A DNA stretch of 64,000 bases from Alphaproteobacteria bacterium (lineage in GTDB: Bacteria > Pseudomonadota > Alphaproteobacteria > UBA828), in assembly GCA_965221125.1 (NCBI GenBank), contig CBDCRW010000006.1, positions 832,001-896,000 of the forward strand, given 5' to 3'. Position 1 is the stretch's first letter, and every line of letters begins with the position of its first letter. The translations under genes and the position numbers were made by a program. Under the pieces are notes generated by a model. The model saw nothing but the letters and a program-made list of their open reading frames with translations, ran no database searches and was not told the origin of the DNA. Shown in pieces: positions 36,361-46,642 of this stretch.

Positions 36361-36466
36361 GGCGCGAGTATAGCGTTCCGCTCTCGGGCCAACGCGCGGC
36401 TTCTCAAGCGGGCGGCAAGCCCGTAATGTCTGCGCGGCACACGGCCCAGCGCGGGGAGGGCGCAGC

Positions 36467-38164
36467 ATGGACATGGTGACGATGAACATCATCGATTCGT
36501 CGATGGTGTCGATCTGCCGGGAAATGGGGATCACCCTGATGAAGACGTCGTACTCGACGATCTTCAACGAGGGCCTCGACTTCACCTGCGCCATCGCGGA
36601 CACCGACGGCGAGATGGTCTCGGTCGCCGAGTTCTGCCCCGCGCAGATCGGCGGAATGCCGCTCCTCATCAAGACCTGCGCCGAGGAAATCCCGATCGAC
36701 CAGATCGAGGAAGGCGACGTCATCATCCACAACGACCCCTACCGCGGCGGCCTGCACGTGCCCGAGCACACGCTGTTCAAGCCGGTCTATGCCGACGGCA
36801 AGCTCCTGGCGTTCGTGGTCGCCATCGGCCACATCGCCGAGGTCGGCGGCATGGTCCCCGGCGGCTTCGCCGGCGAGGCGACGGAGATCTTCCACGAGGG
36901 CGTGCGCGTGCCGCCGGTGAAGATCATGAAGCGCGGCCAGGACGTGGATTCGGTCTGGAAGCTGATCCTCGCGAACGTGCGCACGCCCCGCTACAACTAC
37001 GGCGACCTCCGCGCCATGATCGGGGCGCTCGACCTCGGCGAGGCGCGCCTGAAGGAGATGGTGGCGAAGTACGGCCGCGACGTCTGGCAGGACACCTGCC
37101 ACGACCTCATGGACTATTCGGAGCGCCGCATGCGCGCCGAGATCGCGCAGTTCCCCGACGGCCGCTACCACTTCGAGGACACCGTGGAGAACGACGGGAT
37201 CGAGGACAAGCCCTACCAGCTCAGGGTCGACGTCTTCGTGCAGGGCGACGAGCTGATCGCCGACTTCTCCGGCACCGACGACCAGGCCAAGGGGCCGATC
37301 AACGCGACCCTCGGCGTCACCTGGTCGGCGACATACAACGCGCTCTTCCACATGACCGACCCGTCGATTCCGAAGAACTCGGGCTGCTTCCGCCCGATCA
37401 AGATCGTGGCGCGGCCCGGCACGGTCGCCAATGTCGACTACCCGGCGCCCGAGGTGGCGGGCAACACGGAGACCCATCCCCGGCTCGCGCTGATCGTCAT
37501 CGGCGCGCTCGCTCAGGGCGCGCCCGAGCGCGCGATGGCGGCGGAGAGCGGCACCGGCGGCAACTTCGTCTTCGGCGGCCACCACCCCGACTACGACGAG
37601 TATTTCGCCTGCTACGACCTGATCTCCGGCGGCTGGGGCGGGCGCGACTTCGCCGACGGCAACGACTGCGTGATCGCGATCAACGGCAACTGCCGCTTCA
37701 ACCCGGTCGAGGTATTCGAGACCCGCTTCCCCTTCCAGGTGGAGGACTTCGCGATGACGCCCAATTCCGGCGGCCCCGGCCGCCACCGCGGCGGGCTCGG
37801 CTACCGCAAGACGCTGCGTACGCTCTCGGCCGAGATCACCGCGAGCCAGTGCACCGATAGGCACCGGATCAAGACCTGGGGTCTCTTCGGCGGCAAGGAG
37901 GGCGCGGTCGGCGCGACGCTGGTCCGCCCCGAAGGCGCGGACGACTGGCGCCCTGTCACCGAGACCCACGGCAAGGCGTCCTCCTCCAAGTACGCCAACA
38001 TCCGCCTCCGCCCCGGCGACCGGGTGCGGCTGATCGTGCCGGGCGGCGGCGGCTACGGCGAGCCTAGGGAGCGCGCGCGCGAGGCCGTGGAAGAGGACCT
38101 GGCGGAGGGCTACATCACGCCCGAAGAGGCAAGCCAGGCGTACGGCTACGTCGCGGACGCCTGA
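36467..38164 (+). CDS. Hydantoinase B / 5-oxoprolinase family protein
   Basis: EMG..L.KT.YS.IF.E..DF.CA, GD..I.NDPY.GG.H.P, GH..EVGG.VPG, ADFSGT..Q, P.EV.E..FP, SGGPG.HRGG.G and PGGGGYG.P. Confidence 0.92.
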   Translation: MDMVTMNIIDSSMVSICREMGITLMKTSYSTIFNEGLDFTCAIADTDGEMVSVAEFCPAQIGGMPLLIKTCAEEIPIDQIEEGDVIIHNDPYRGGLHVPEHTLFKPVYADGKLLAFVVAIGHIAEVGGMVPGGFAGEATEIFHEGVRVPPVKIMKRGQDVDSVWKLILANVRTPRYNYGDLRAMIGALDLGEARLKEMVAKYGRDVWQDTCHDLMDYSERRMRAEIAQFPDGRYHFEDTVENDGIEDKPYQLRVDVFVQGDELIADFSGTDDQAKGPINATLGVTWSATYNALFHMTDPSIPKNSGCFRPIKIVARPGTVANVDYPAPEVAGNTETHPRLALIVIGALAQGAPERAMAAESGTGGNFVFGGHHPDYDEYFACYDLISGGWGGRDFADGNDCVIAINGNCRFNPVEVFETRFPFQVEDFAMTPNSGGPGRHRGGLGYRKTLRTLSAEITASQCTDRHRIKTWGLFGGKEGAVGATLVRPEGADDWRPVTETHGKASSSKYANIRLRPGDRVRLIVPGGGGYGEPRERAREAVEEDLAEGYITPEEASQAYGYVADA

Positions 38165-38183
38165 GGCCGGCGAACGGCTGCCG

Positions 38184-39182
38184 TCACGGCGCTGGCAAGG
38201 CCTCGTCCAAGAAGCGCACGATCTGTCCGTCGATCCCGGCGAGGAAGGCGCGCCGGTCGAAGCCCGCGGGATCGTGCGCCGGCCTGCCGACGCTCCCGAC
38301 CAGAGCGGCGGGGAACGGCGAAATGAACGCGAAGTGGTGTGCGGCCGGATGGACCACGAGTTGCGCGCTATCCCCCAGCAGAGTCGCGACGTTGTCGGCG
38401 TGCCACGGCCTGCGCAGGACCCGATCCCGGCCGAGACGATGGATCTGCGCCGGCACGTCGACGCTTGCGAAAGCGCCCGCGCCGAACAACGCGCCGACCG
38501 GCGCCACGGCCACGACGGCGGCGATCCGCCGGTCCGAGAGGTCGGGCATGACATCCTCGACGGGCATGGGCGTATCGTCGGGCACACCGGGCCGGCCGTA
38601 GGCGCAAAACTCCGAATCCTCCGCGCGCCGCTCGGTGCAGTGGCGCGTGAGCACAGCCATGTCTGCCCGTCCGCCGATCAGGGCAAGCACGCTGTAGCCG
38701 CCGGCCGAATGTCCGACGGCGCCGATGCGCGCCGGGTCGATGCGGGGGCCGAATAGGTCGTCGCCCAATAGCCGATCCAGCACCGCGCTCAGCTGGCGCG
38801 GGCGGCGGCGCCAGTTCGCGGACGTGCCGCTATGGCGGCCGTCGCGCCAACTGTCGCCGGCGTGTTCCGGCGCCGCCACGATATAGCCGGCCTCGACCAA
38901 GCGGATTGCCGTGTCGCGGTGGTTGAAACGGCCACCGCCGGTCCCGTGCGAGATGAGGACGAGGCCGTGCCGCCCGCCGCCGACCGGCGCGTCCCGGCTC
39001 GCGGCCATGGTGAACGGCCCGACGGCGGTCTGCCCGGACGCAGCGCCGGCCGGATACCAGAGCGCGACGCGCAGCCGCTCGCCCCCGGCCTCGGCGTGGA
39101 TGTCGCGAAAGCCCACGCCCTCGGCGTTGGCGCTGGCGGCAGCGATCATGACCCCAAGGGCGAGCGTGGCGAGAAATCTCAT
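38184..39182 (-). CDS. Secreted alpha/beta hydrolase (dienelactone hydrolase/PAF-acetylhydrolase-like)
   Basis: Signal peptide, [21 protein letters not shown], nucleophile elbow GHSAGG and A.HFAF. Confidence 0.85.
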   Translation of the reverse strand: MRFLATLALGVMIAAASANAEGVGFRDIHAEAGGERLRVALWYPAGAASGQTAVGPFTMAASRDAPVGGGRHGLVLISHGTGGGRFNHRDTAIRLVEAGYIVAAPEHAGDSWRDGRHSGTSANWRRRPRQLSAVLDRLLGDDLFGPRIDPARIGAVGHSAGGYSVLALIGGRADMAVLTRHCTERRAEDSEFCAYGRPGVPDDTPMPVEDVMPDLSDRRIAAVVAVAPVGALFGAGAFASVDVPAQIHRLGRDRVLRRPWHADNVATLLGDSAQLVVHPAAHHFAFISPFPAALVGSVGRPAHDPAGFDRRAFLAGIDGQIVRFLDEALPAP

Positions 39183-39316
39183 CGGCTGCATCCTGCCATG
39201 GTGGACCGCTCGCCGCATCGTCACCCGCCGCGAAGATGTTATGCTCGCCCGGCATTCGGCGGCGGGGCGAGGCCTGCTTGCGTGCCCGGCCTTTTCCGCG
39301 ACAATCGGCGAGGCGC

Positions 39317-40954
39317 ATGAGCCGGGAATCGATGGAATACGACGTGGTGATCGTGGGTGCGGGCCCCGCCGGGCTCGCCGCCGCGATACGGCTGCGCCAG
39401 CTCGCCGAGGAGAGCGGGCGGGAGGTATCCGTCACCGTGCTCGAGAAGGGCTCGGAGGTGGGCGCGCACATCCTCTCCGGCGCCGTCTTCGAGCCGCGCG
39501 CGCTGGACGAGCTGATCCCGGACTGGAAGGAGAAGGGCGCGCCGCTCAACACGCCGGCGCGGGCCGACGAGTTCCGTTACCTCACCGCGAAGGGCGGCAT
39601 CCGCATGCCCGGCGCGCTGCTGCCGCCGCAGATGCGCAACCACGGCAATTACATCATCAGCCTCGGCAATCTCTGCCGCTGGCTGGGTCAGCAGGCGGAA
39701 GAGCTGGGCGTCGAGATCTACCCCGGCTTCGCCGCCGCCGAGGTGCTCTACCACGAGGACGGCCGGGTCAAGGGCGTCGCCACCGGCGACATGGGCATCG
39801 CGAGCGACGGCAGCCGGAAGGCGAGCTACGAGCCGGGCGTGGAGCTGCACGCGAAGTACACGCTGTTCGCCGAGGGCGCGCGCGGCTCGCTCACCAAGCA
39901 GCTGGCCGAGCGCTTCGACCTGCGCGCACGCTCGGACCCGCAGACCTACGGCATCGGTCTCAAGGAGGTCTGGGAGATCGAGCCCGGCAAGCACAGGCCG
40001 GGGCTGATCCAGCACAGCTTCGGCTGGCCGCTGGATCGCCGCACCTACGGCGGCTCCTTCCTCTATCACTTCGACGAGAACCTGGTCTCGATCGGCTTCG
40101 TCGTGGCACTCGACTACGAGAACCCGCACCTCTCGCCCTTCGACGAGTTCCAGCGCTTCAAGACCCACCCGCTCATCCGCCCCACGCTGGAGGACGGCGA
40201 GCGGCTGGCCTACGGCGCGCGCGCGATCAACGAGGGCGGATACCAGTCGATTCCGGAGACCGTGTTTCCCGGCGGCGCCCTGATCGGCTGCGCCGCGGGC
40301 TTCCTCAACGTGCCCAAGATCAAGGGCAGCCACAACGCGATGAAGAGCGGCGCGCTGGCGGCGGAGGCGGCGTTCGCCGCGCTGGGCGAGGCCGATGACG
40401 GCACCGGGCCGCTCGAGGCCTATCCGGCGGCGCTTCGCCGCTCCTGGGTGGTGAAGGAGCTCAAGCAGGTCAGGAACTGCCGTCCCGCGTTCCGCTGGGG
40501 GCTCGCCGTCGGCACCGCGGTCAGCTTCATCGAGCTTTGGACGGGCGGCGTGCTGCCCTGGACCCTGCGCCATCGGCACGACCACGAGAGCCTGAAGAGG
40601 GCGGCCGATGCGCCGAAGATCGCCTACCCGAAGCCGGACGGCGTCGTCTCCTTTGACAAGCCGAGTTCGGTCTACCTGTCCAACACGAATCACGAAGAGG
40701 ACCAGCCCGCGCACCTGACGCTCAAGGACGAGGGCGTGCCGATCGCGGTGAATCTCGCGCTCTACGACGCGCCGGAGCAGCGCTACTGCCCGGCCGGCGT
40801 CTACGAAATCGTGGAAGATGCCGGCCCGCCGCGCCTGCAGATCAACGCGCAGAACTGCGTGCACTGCAAGACCTGCGACATCAAGGACCCCACGCAGAAC
40901 ATCGAGTGGGTGGTACCCGAAGGCGGTGGCGGCCCCAACTATGCCAACATGTAG
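39317..40954 (+). CDS. Electron transfer flavoprotein-ubiquinone oxidoreductase
   Basis: [51 protein letters not shown] and C-terminal YCPAGVYE...[13 protein letters not shown]. Confidence 0.96.
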   Translation: MSRESMEYDVVIVGAGPAGLAAAIRLRQLAEESGREVSVTVLEKGSEVGAHILSGAVFEPRALDELIPDWKEKGAPLNTPARADEFRYLTAKGGIRMPGALLPPQMRNHGNYIISLGNLCRWLGQQAEELGVEIYPGFAAAEVLYHEDGRVKGVATGDMGIASDGSRKASYEPGVELHAKYTLFAEGARGSLTKQLAERFDLRARSDPQTYGIGLKEVWEIEPGKHRPGLIQHSFGWPLDRRTYGGSFLYHFDENLVSIGFVVALDYENPHLSPFDEFQRFKTHPLIRPTLEDGERLAYGARAINEGGYQSIPETVFPGGALIGCAAGFLNVPKIKGSHNAMKSGALAAEAAFAALGEADDGTGPLEAYPAALRRSWVVKELKQVRNCRPAFRWGLAVGTAVSFIELWTGGVLPWTLRHRHDHESLKRAADAPKIAYPKPDGVVSFDKPSSVYLSNTNHEEDQPAHLTLKDEGVPIAVNLALYDAPEQRYCPAGVYEIVEDAGPPRLQINAQNCVHCKTCDIKDPTQNIEWVVPEGGGGPNYANM

Positions 40955-41000
40955 GGCAGGGGGCGGGGCGTCTGAACGAGGGCGCGGCAGGAGCGGCTGG

Positions 41001-42725
41001 GTGCAGGGCGCGCTCGCCGCCTGTCTGATCGGCGGTGTCTGCGTCGGCGGCGCGGTGGCGGCCGAGGAGGAGGCCCCGCCCTTGCCGCCTGAGCCCTCGG
41101 CCAGCGCCTACCGGCTCGACGGCTCGCCGATCGGAAGCTACCTGGCCGGGCGCTACGCCCATGCCCGCGGCGACTACGCCGCGGCGGCCCGGCACCTGCG
41201 GCGTGTCCTGGATACGGATCCCGACAACCCCTCGCTGTTGCGCCGCACCGTGTCCCTGCTGGTCGCCGAGGGTCGGATCGAGGATGCCGCCGAACTTGCC
41301 CGCCGGCTCGTCGGCATCCTTGACGATGCACGCCTGGCCCGCTTCGTTCTCGCGCTGCAGGAGGCCCGCACCGGAGACTACGAAGGCGCTCTGGAGCGCA
41401 TCGACGAGATATCCCCGGACGGCGTCTATTCCCTTCTGGTCCCGCTTGCCGAGGGATGGCTGCACGCCGGGTCCGGGGCGGATACAGCGGGGCTGGCGGC
41501 GCTCGCGCCGCTGGCCGAGCGCGATTCGTACCGGCCCTTCTACCTCCTCCATGCCGGCCTGATGCACGATCTGGCGGGCCGCGAGGCGGACGCAGAGGCT
41601 CTATTGCGCGAGGCCGTGGCAACCTCCGGCGGCTCGCACCGGCCGGTGGCGGCGCTCGGCAGCGTGCTGATGCGGGCCGGGCGCGCCGTCGAGGCCCGTG
41701 CGGTCTACGCGGAGTATCGTGCGCAAAACCCGGAGAACATCTGGGCCGAGCGTATGCTCGCGGCTTCCCATGCCGGCATGTCGGTGCCGCCGCTCGTCCG
41801 TGACGCCCGCGGCGGGCTGGCGGAGGCCCTGCTCGGCGCGGCGGCCGCCCTGCCGCAGCGGGACAACGGCGATGCCGCCCTGATCTTTGCGCGCCTCGCT
41901 CTCTACCTCCACGACGAGCTGGACACCGTCCGCTTCCTGATCGGCGAGATTCTGGACGAAGCCGAGCGGCTGGAGGATGCGGTGGACGCCTACCTGTCCA
42001 TTCCCGCCGGCTCGGACTACGCCTGGGCCGCGCGGCTTCGTGCGGCGTCCGACCTCGCGGACCTCGGTCGCCATGACGAAGCGGTTGCCGCCCTGCGCGC
42101 GATGATGGAAGAGCGGCCCGAGCGCATCGACGCGGCATCCGCGCTCGGCGACGTCTTCAGGGTGGACGAGCGCTATGACGAGGCTGCGGCGGCTTACGAC
42201 ATCGCCGTCGGGCGGATCGCGAACGTCGAGAACCAGCACTGGCGCCTGTTCTACGTGCGCGGCATCGCCTTCGAGCGCGTCGGCGAGTGGCCCAGGGCCG
42301 AGGCCGACTTCCTGCGTGCGCTGGAGCTGGAGCCGGACCAGCCTCTGGTTCTCAACTATCTCGGCTATTCCTGGGTGGAGCAGGAGCGCAATCTCGACGA
42401 GGCCAAGACCATGATCGAGAAGGCGGTCGAGCTCAGGCCGGACGACGGCTACATCGTCGACAGTCTCGGCTGGGTAGCCTACAGGCTGGGCGACTTCGAG
42501 GAGGCCGCCCGGCAGCTGGAGCTGGCGGTCGAGCTGGTGCCCGGCGATCCGATCATCAACGATCATCTGGGCGACGCGTACTGGCAGGTGGGCCGGCTGA
42601 ACGAGGCCCGGTTCCAGTGGCGGCGCGTGCTCACCCTCGAGCCCGAGGACGAGCTCGCCGACCAGGTCCGGCGCAAGCTCACGGGCGGGCTTTCCGCAGG
42701 CGCAGAGGCGGACGAAGCGGAATAG
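41001..42725 (+). CDS. Tetratricopeptide-repeat protein (secreted; ETF-QO-TPR-ispE synteny)
   Basis: GSYLAGR, multiple TPR units, LNYLGYSW, DSLGW and DHLGDAYW..GR..EARFQW; start uncertain. Confidence 0.88.
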   Translation: MQGALAACLIGGVCVGGAVAAEEEAPPLPPEPSASAYRLDGSPIGSYLAGRYAHARGDYAAAARHLRRVLDTDPDNPSLLRRTVSLLVAEGRIEDAAELARRLVGILDDARLARFVLALQEARTGDYEGALERIDEISPDGVYSLLVPLAEGWLHAGSGADTAGLAALAPLAERDSYRPFYLLHAGLMHDLAGREADAEALLREAVATSGGSHRPVAALGSVLMRAGRAVEARAVYAEYRAQNPENIWAERMLAASHAGMSVPPLVRDARGGLAEALLGAAAALPQRDNGDAALIFARLALYLHDELDTVRFLIGEILDEAERLEDAVDAYLSIPAGSDYAWAARLRAASDLADLGRHDEAVAALRAMMEERPERIDAASALGDVFRVDERYDEAAAAYDIAVGRIANVENQHWRLFYVRGIAFERVGEWPRAEADFLRALELEPDQPLVLNYLGYSWVEQERNLDEAKTMIEKAVELRPDDGYIVDSLGWVAYRLGDFEEAARQLELAVELVPGDPIINDHLGDAYWQVGRLNEARFQWRRVLTLEPEDELADQVRRKLTGGLSAGAEADEAE

Positions 42726-42726
42726 C

Positions 42727-43608
42727 GTGCCAGCAGAGACTAGGGTCGGGGCGCCGGCCAAGCTCAACCTCTATCTCCACGTGACCGGCCGCCGCGCCGA
42801 CGGCTATCACGAGTTGGACAGCCTCGTCACCTTCACGGCGCTGGCGGACACGCTGGAGATCGCGCCGGCCGACTCCCTCGACCTCGTCGTGAAGGGGCCG
42901 TTCGCCGCTGCGCTGGATGCCGGCGACAATCTCGCGGCGCGGGCCGCGACCGCGCTGGCCGAGAAAGTGGGCCGCTCCGCCGGCGTCCGGATCACGCTCG
43001 ACAAGCGCATCCCGGTCGCGGCCGGCCTCGGCGGCGGCTCGGCCGATGCGGCGGCGGTGCTGCGCGGCCTCGCGCGGCTGTGGCGGCTCGGCCCGGAGCA
43101 CGCGGGCGATCTGCAGGAGGTCGCGCTGAGCCTCGGCGCCGACGTGCCGGTCTGCCTCGATTCGCGCGCGGCCCACATGGCCGGCATCGGCGAGGCATTG
43201 AGCGCGCCGCCCTGCCTGCCGCCATGCGGCGTGCTCCTGGTCAATCCGGGTGTGGCGGTGCCAACCGGGGCCGTCTTCGCGGCGCGGCGCGGGCCGTTCT
43301 CGGCCGCGGACCCTATAGACATAGCGCCGCAGGACGCAGCGGCGCTTGCGGCGCTGCTGCGCGCCCGGCGCAACGATCTGGAGCAGCCGGCTCTGGCACA
43401 GGCGCCCGAGATCGGCCGCGTGCTGACACGCCTCGCAAGAGCGCCGGGCTGCCTGCTGGCCCGCATGTCCGGCTCCGGCGGCACCTGCTTCGGCCTGTTC
43501 GACGACGAGGCGGCGGCAGCGGGCGCGGCCAGCGCCATCGCACGCGACCGTCCATCCTGGTGGGTCGAGCCGACACGGCTCGTGCATGACGGGGCGAAAG
43601 AGCTGTGA
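42727..43608 (+). CDS. ispE: 4-diphosphocytidyl-2-C-methyl-D-erythritol kinase
   Basis: APAKLNLYLHVTGRRADGYHELDSL, KRIPVAAGLGGGSADAAA, LGADVP, NDL and RMSGSG.TCF. Confidence 0.97.
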   Translation: MPAETRVGAPAKLNLYLHVTGRRADGYHELDSLVTFTALADTLEIAPADSLDLVVKGPFAAALDAGDNLAARAATALAEKVGRSAGVRITLDKRIPVAAGLGGGSADAAAVLRGLARLWRLGPEHAGDLQEVALSLGADVPVCLDSRAAHMAGIGEALSAPPCLPPCGVLLVNPGVAVPTGAVFAARRGPFSAADPIDIAPQDAAALAALLRARRNDLEQPALAQAPEIGRVLTRLARAPGCLLARMSGSGGTCFGLFDDEAAAAGAASAIARDRPSWWVEPTRLVHDGAKEL

Positions 43609-43621
43609 AGCGAGGGAGCGT

Positions 43622-44080
43622 TCAGGGCGGCAGGCGCACCGTCTCCAGCCAGTGGGCCTTCACGACCTGCGCGACCGAGACCATGTCGTCGAAGGCCGAC
43701 GGCTTGACCATGTAGGCATTCGCGCCCAAGGCGTAGCTCGCCGCGATATCCCGTTCCTCGTCCGAGGTGGTCAGGATCACCACGGGGATTTGGGAGAGCT
43801 CCGGCTCCTCGCGCAGGCGCTCCAGCACCTCGGTGCCGTTGATCTTCGGCATGTTGAGGTCGAGCAGGATCAGGCTCGGCCGGGGCGCCGCCGCCGGATC
43901 GGCGTAGTCGCCCTCGTGCTTGAGGTAGTCCATCAGCTCGGCGCCGTCGTGGACGACGTAGAGCGGACACGTGATGTCCGCCTTGCGCAGCGCCTTCTCG
44001 GTAAGCAGGCAGTCGCCGGGGTCGTCGTCCGCCATCAGGAGGACGGTGCTGTCTGCGGTATCGGCTCTCGCCATCCTCAT
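43622..44080 (-). CDS. Single-domain response regulator (Rcp1-like)
   Basis: LMADDD, DG.E..DYL, LILLDLNMPK.NG, IPV.ILTTS and Y.LGANAY..KP. Confidence 0.92.
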   Translation of the reverse strand: MRMARADTADSTVLLMADDDPGDCLLTEKALRKADITCPLYVVHDGAELMDYLKHEGDYADPAAAPRPSLILLDLNMPKINGTEVLERLREEPELSQIPVVILTTSDEERDIAASYALGANAYMVKPSAFDDMVSVAQVVKAHWLETVRLPP

Positions 44081-44994
44081 CCCCCGGGGGTTTGGGACTC
44101 GCCGGCAGCAGTGACAAGGCGCAGCGCCAAAGACGGAAACGCCGCGACCGCGCCGGCGAGCGCGCCGAATTCGATCGGCTTGGATACGAACGCCCGTCCG
44201 GCCTCTCCGGCGGAAGGCAGGCTCGCGGGGTCCGCCTTCGATGCGCTCAGCGCGACCACCGGCAGATCGTGCAGCGCCGGCGTCTCCGCGATCTCCGCGA
44301 GCACCTGGCGCCCGTCGATCTCGGCGCTGTCGAGGTCGAGCAGGACCAGATCCGGCCGCGGCGCGCGCACGCCGGCGCCGAAGACGTGCCGCCCGTGCAG
44401 GTGGTCCATCAGGGCGGCGCGGTTCGTGACGTAGGTCAGCGGGGTGCCGAGGCCGGCGGCCTGCAAGGCCTTGGTCGCCTCCAGGCAGGCTTCGGGGTTG
44501 TCGTCCGCCATGACGATGACCGCGGGCCTGGGCTCGTCGCCCGAGTCCGCCGGCACCGCAAGCTCGTAGCTGCAGCTCTTGAGACGCAGCACCGCCTCGT
44601 GCAGCTTGGCGAAGGTCACCGGCTTCACCAGATAGGCGTAGGCGCCGAGGTTGTAGCTGCCGGAAATGTCCAGGCTGTCCTCCGAGGCCGTCAGGATGAC
44701 GATCGGGATCTTTCTCAGCGCCGGCCGCAGGTTGATCTCCCAGAGCGAGTCCAGCCCAGCCATCTTGGGCATGTTGAGGTCGAGCAGGATCAGGTCCGGC
44801 CGCGGCGAGGAGGCAGGATCGGCGAACTTGCCGCTCCGCCCGAGATAGTCGAGCAGCTCCTGCCCGTCCTGCACGAAGCGCAGCTCGTTCGCGAGCCGCG
44901 CCTTCTGCAGCGTCTTCTTGGTCAGCAGGCAGTCTTCGGGATCGTCGTCCGCCATCAGGATCAGGACGGGCCTGGTGCCGGGTGCAGCGCTCAT
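44077..44994 (-). CDS. Tandem receiver-receiver (REC-REC) protein, Rcp1-like
   Basis: REC1: MADDD...LLDLNMPK...ILTAS...KP. REC2: MADDN...LLDLDS...ALSAS...KP. No output domain. Confidence 0.88.
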   Translation of the reverse strand: MSAAPGTRPVLILMADDDPEDCLLTKKTLQKARLANELRFVQDGQELLDYLGRSGKFADPASSPRPDLILLDLNMPKMAGLDSLWEINLRPALRKIPIVILTASEDSLDISGSYNLGAYAYLVKPVTFAKLHEAVLRLKSCSYELAVPADSGDEPRPAVIVMADDNPEACLEATKALQAAGLGTPLTYVTNRAALMDHLHGRHVFGAGVRAPRPDLVLLDLDSAEIDGRQVLAEIAETPALHDLPVVALSASKADPASLPSAGEAGRAFVSKPIEFGALAGAVAAFPSLALRLVTAAGESQTPGG

Positions 44995-45001
44995 CGGCGC
45001 C

Positions 45002-46642
45002 TCACCGGGGCTGCCGCCGGGGCAGGGTCACCGTGAAGGTGGCGCCCTCGCCCGGTGTGCCGGAGGCCGTGATGCGGCCGTGATGGCGCAGGACGATCTT
45101 CTCGCAAATGGCGAGGCCGATTCCCGCGCCCTCGTACTGATGGCGCGCGTGCAGGCGCTTGAACGGCTGGAAGAGCTTGCCGCCCTGCGAGGAATCGAAG
45201 CCGATGCCGTTGTCCGCCACGACGATGGTATGCGCGGGCCCCGGTATCGCATCGAGCCGCTCCGCCCCCGCCGCCACTTTCACCGTGACGCGCGGCGCAA
45301 CGCCCGGCCGGCGGAACTTGAGCGCGTTGCCGATGAGGTTGCGGAAGAGCTGCTCCATCTGGGTGCGGTCCGCCTCGACGGTGGGCGTGGCGTCAACCTC
45401 CACCTGACCGCCTGCCTCCTCCAGCGCGACCGAGAGGTCGGAAAGCACGGTGTCGAACACCTCGGCGAGCGCGAGGTCCTCGAAGGGCTGCGCCGCGGTG
45501 GTGACGCGGGAGAGCGCGAGCAGGTCGCTCACGAGCGTCTGCATCCGGGCCGCCGCGTCGGTCATGAAGTCGATGTACTGCTGGCCTTCGTCGTCGAGAT
45601 TTTCTCGTTTCTCGTCCGCGAGCAGGGCGCCGAAGGCCCTGATCTTGCGCAGCGGCTCCTGCAGGTCGTGGGAGGCGACGTAGGCGAACTGCTCGAGCTC
45701 CTCGTTGGAGCGGGCGAGGTCGCGGGCGTGGCGCTCCAGCGCCTCCTTCGCCTGCTTCTGCTCGGTGATGTCGCGCACGACTCCCAGGATCCGCACCGGC
45801 GTGCCCGTCTCGTCGCGCACGAGGATCGAGCGAACGGCGACGGGGAAGATCGACCCCTCCTTGCGGATGTATTCCTTCTCGTACTCGTCGGTGTAGCCGC
45901 GCGACATGAGCTGCCGGTCGACGATCTCGGCCTCCATCTCCGCCCAGCGGGCCGGCGTGAGCTGCTGGTAGGTCACGCCGATGAGCTCGTCGAGGTCGTA
46001 GCCCAGCATGTCGAGGTAGGCGGGGTTGGCCTCCTCGACGGGGCCGTCGAGGCCGACGAAGACCACGCCGTCGTGGCTGAGGTCGAAGAGGCCGCGATAG
46101 CGCTTCTCGGAGGCCTTGAGCGCCTCTTCCTTCTCCTTCAGCTCCGTGATGTCGCGGACGATGCCCATGAAGCGGATCGGCCGCCCGTCCAGGTCCCGCA
46201 CCAGGATGGTGCGCAGGCTGATGGGGGCGATCGAGCCGTCCTTGCGCACGTACTCCTTCTCGTACTCGTCCGAGAAGCCGCGCTGCATCACCTGCGTCTC
46301 GATGATCTCCGCCTCGTCGGCGCGCCATTTCTCGGGCGTGAGGTCCTGGTAGGTGTGCGTGGTGATCTCGTCGCGGCCGTAGCCGACGAGGTCGAGATAG
46401 GCCTGGTTCATCTCCTCGATGTGGCCCTCGAGGTCGACGAAGACGATCCCGTCCCGGCTCATCTCGAAGAGGGCGCGGAACCTGTCCTCCGAGGTGCGGC
46501 CCGCATCGCGGGCGCTCCGGGCTTCCGCCAGCGCGTCCTCGAGCTGCGCAATCTGCTGCCGGAGCGCGCTCACGGTGTCGTCGGAGCGCGCCGGTGCGGC
46601 AGGTCGGGCCGTGGCCCGTGCCTCGGCCGTCTCAGCCGCCAT
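45002..46642 (-). CDS. Cytoplasmic PAS-PAS sensor histidine kinase (Cph1/bacteriophytochrome-type HisKA)
   Basis: Two similar PAS-PAC repeats, NEELEQFAYVASHDLQEPLRKI, NLIGNALKF, DNGIG, F.PF.RLH and G.GIGLAIC; no TM segment. Confidence 0.93.
   Translation of the reverse strand: MAAETAEARATARPAAPARSDDTVSALRQQIAQLEDALAEARSARDAGRTSEDRFRALFEMSRDGIVFVDLEGHIEEMNQAYLDLVGYGRDEITTHTYQDLTPEKWRADEAEIIETQVMQRGFSDEYEKEYVRKDGSIAPISLRTILVRDLDGRPIRFMGIVRDITELKEKEEALKASEKRYRGLFDLSHDGVVFVGLDGPVEEANPAYLDMLGYDLDELIGVTYQQLTPARWAEMEAEIVDRQLMSRGYTDEYEKEYIRKEGSIFPVAVRSILVRDETGTPVRILGVVRDITEQKQAKEALERHARDLARSNEELEQFAYVASHDLQEPLRKIRAFGALLADEKRENLDDEGQQYIDFMTDAAARMQTLVSDLLALSRVTTAAQPFEDLALAEVFDTVLSDLSVALEEAGGQVEVDATPTVEADRTQMEQLFRNLIGNALKFRRPGVAPRVTVKVAAGAERLDAIPGPAHTIVVADNGIGFDSSQGGKLFQPFKRLHARHQYEGAGIGLAICEKIVLRHHGRITASGTPGEGATFTVTLPRRQPR

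Noticed and set aside
34079-36732. Long N-terminal extensions of the M48 protease (to 35998) and thermonuclease (to 36732) in the ORF track
   Set aside because: Signal peptides/lipobox and the stop-start overlap place the real starts at 35566 and 36360.
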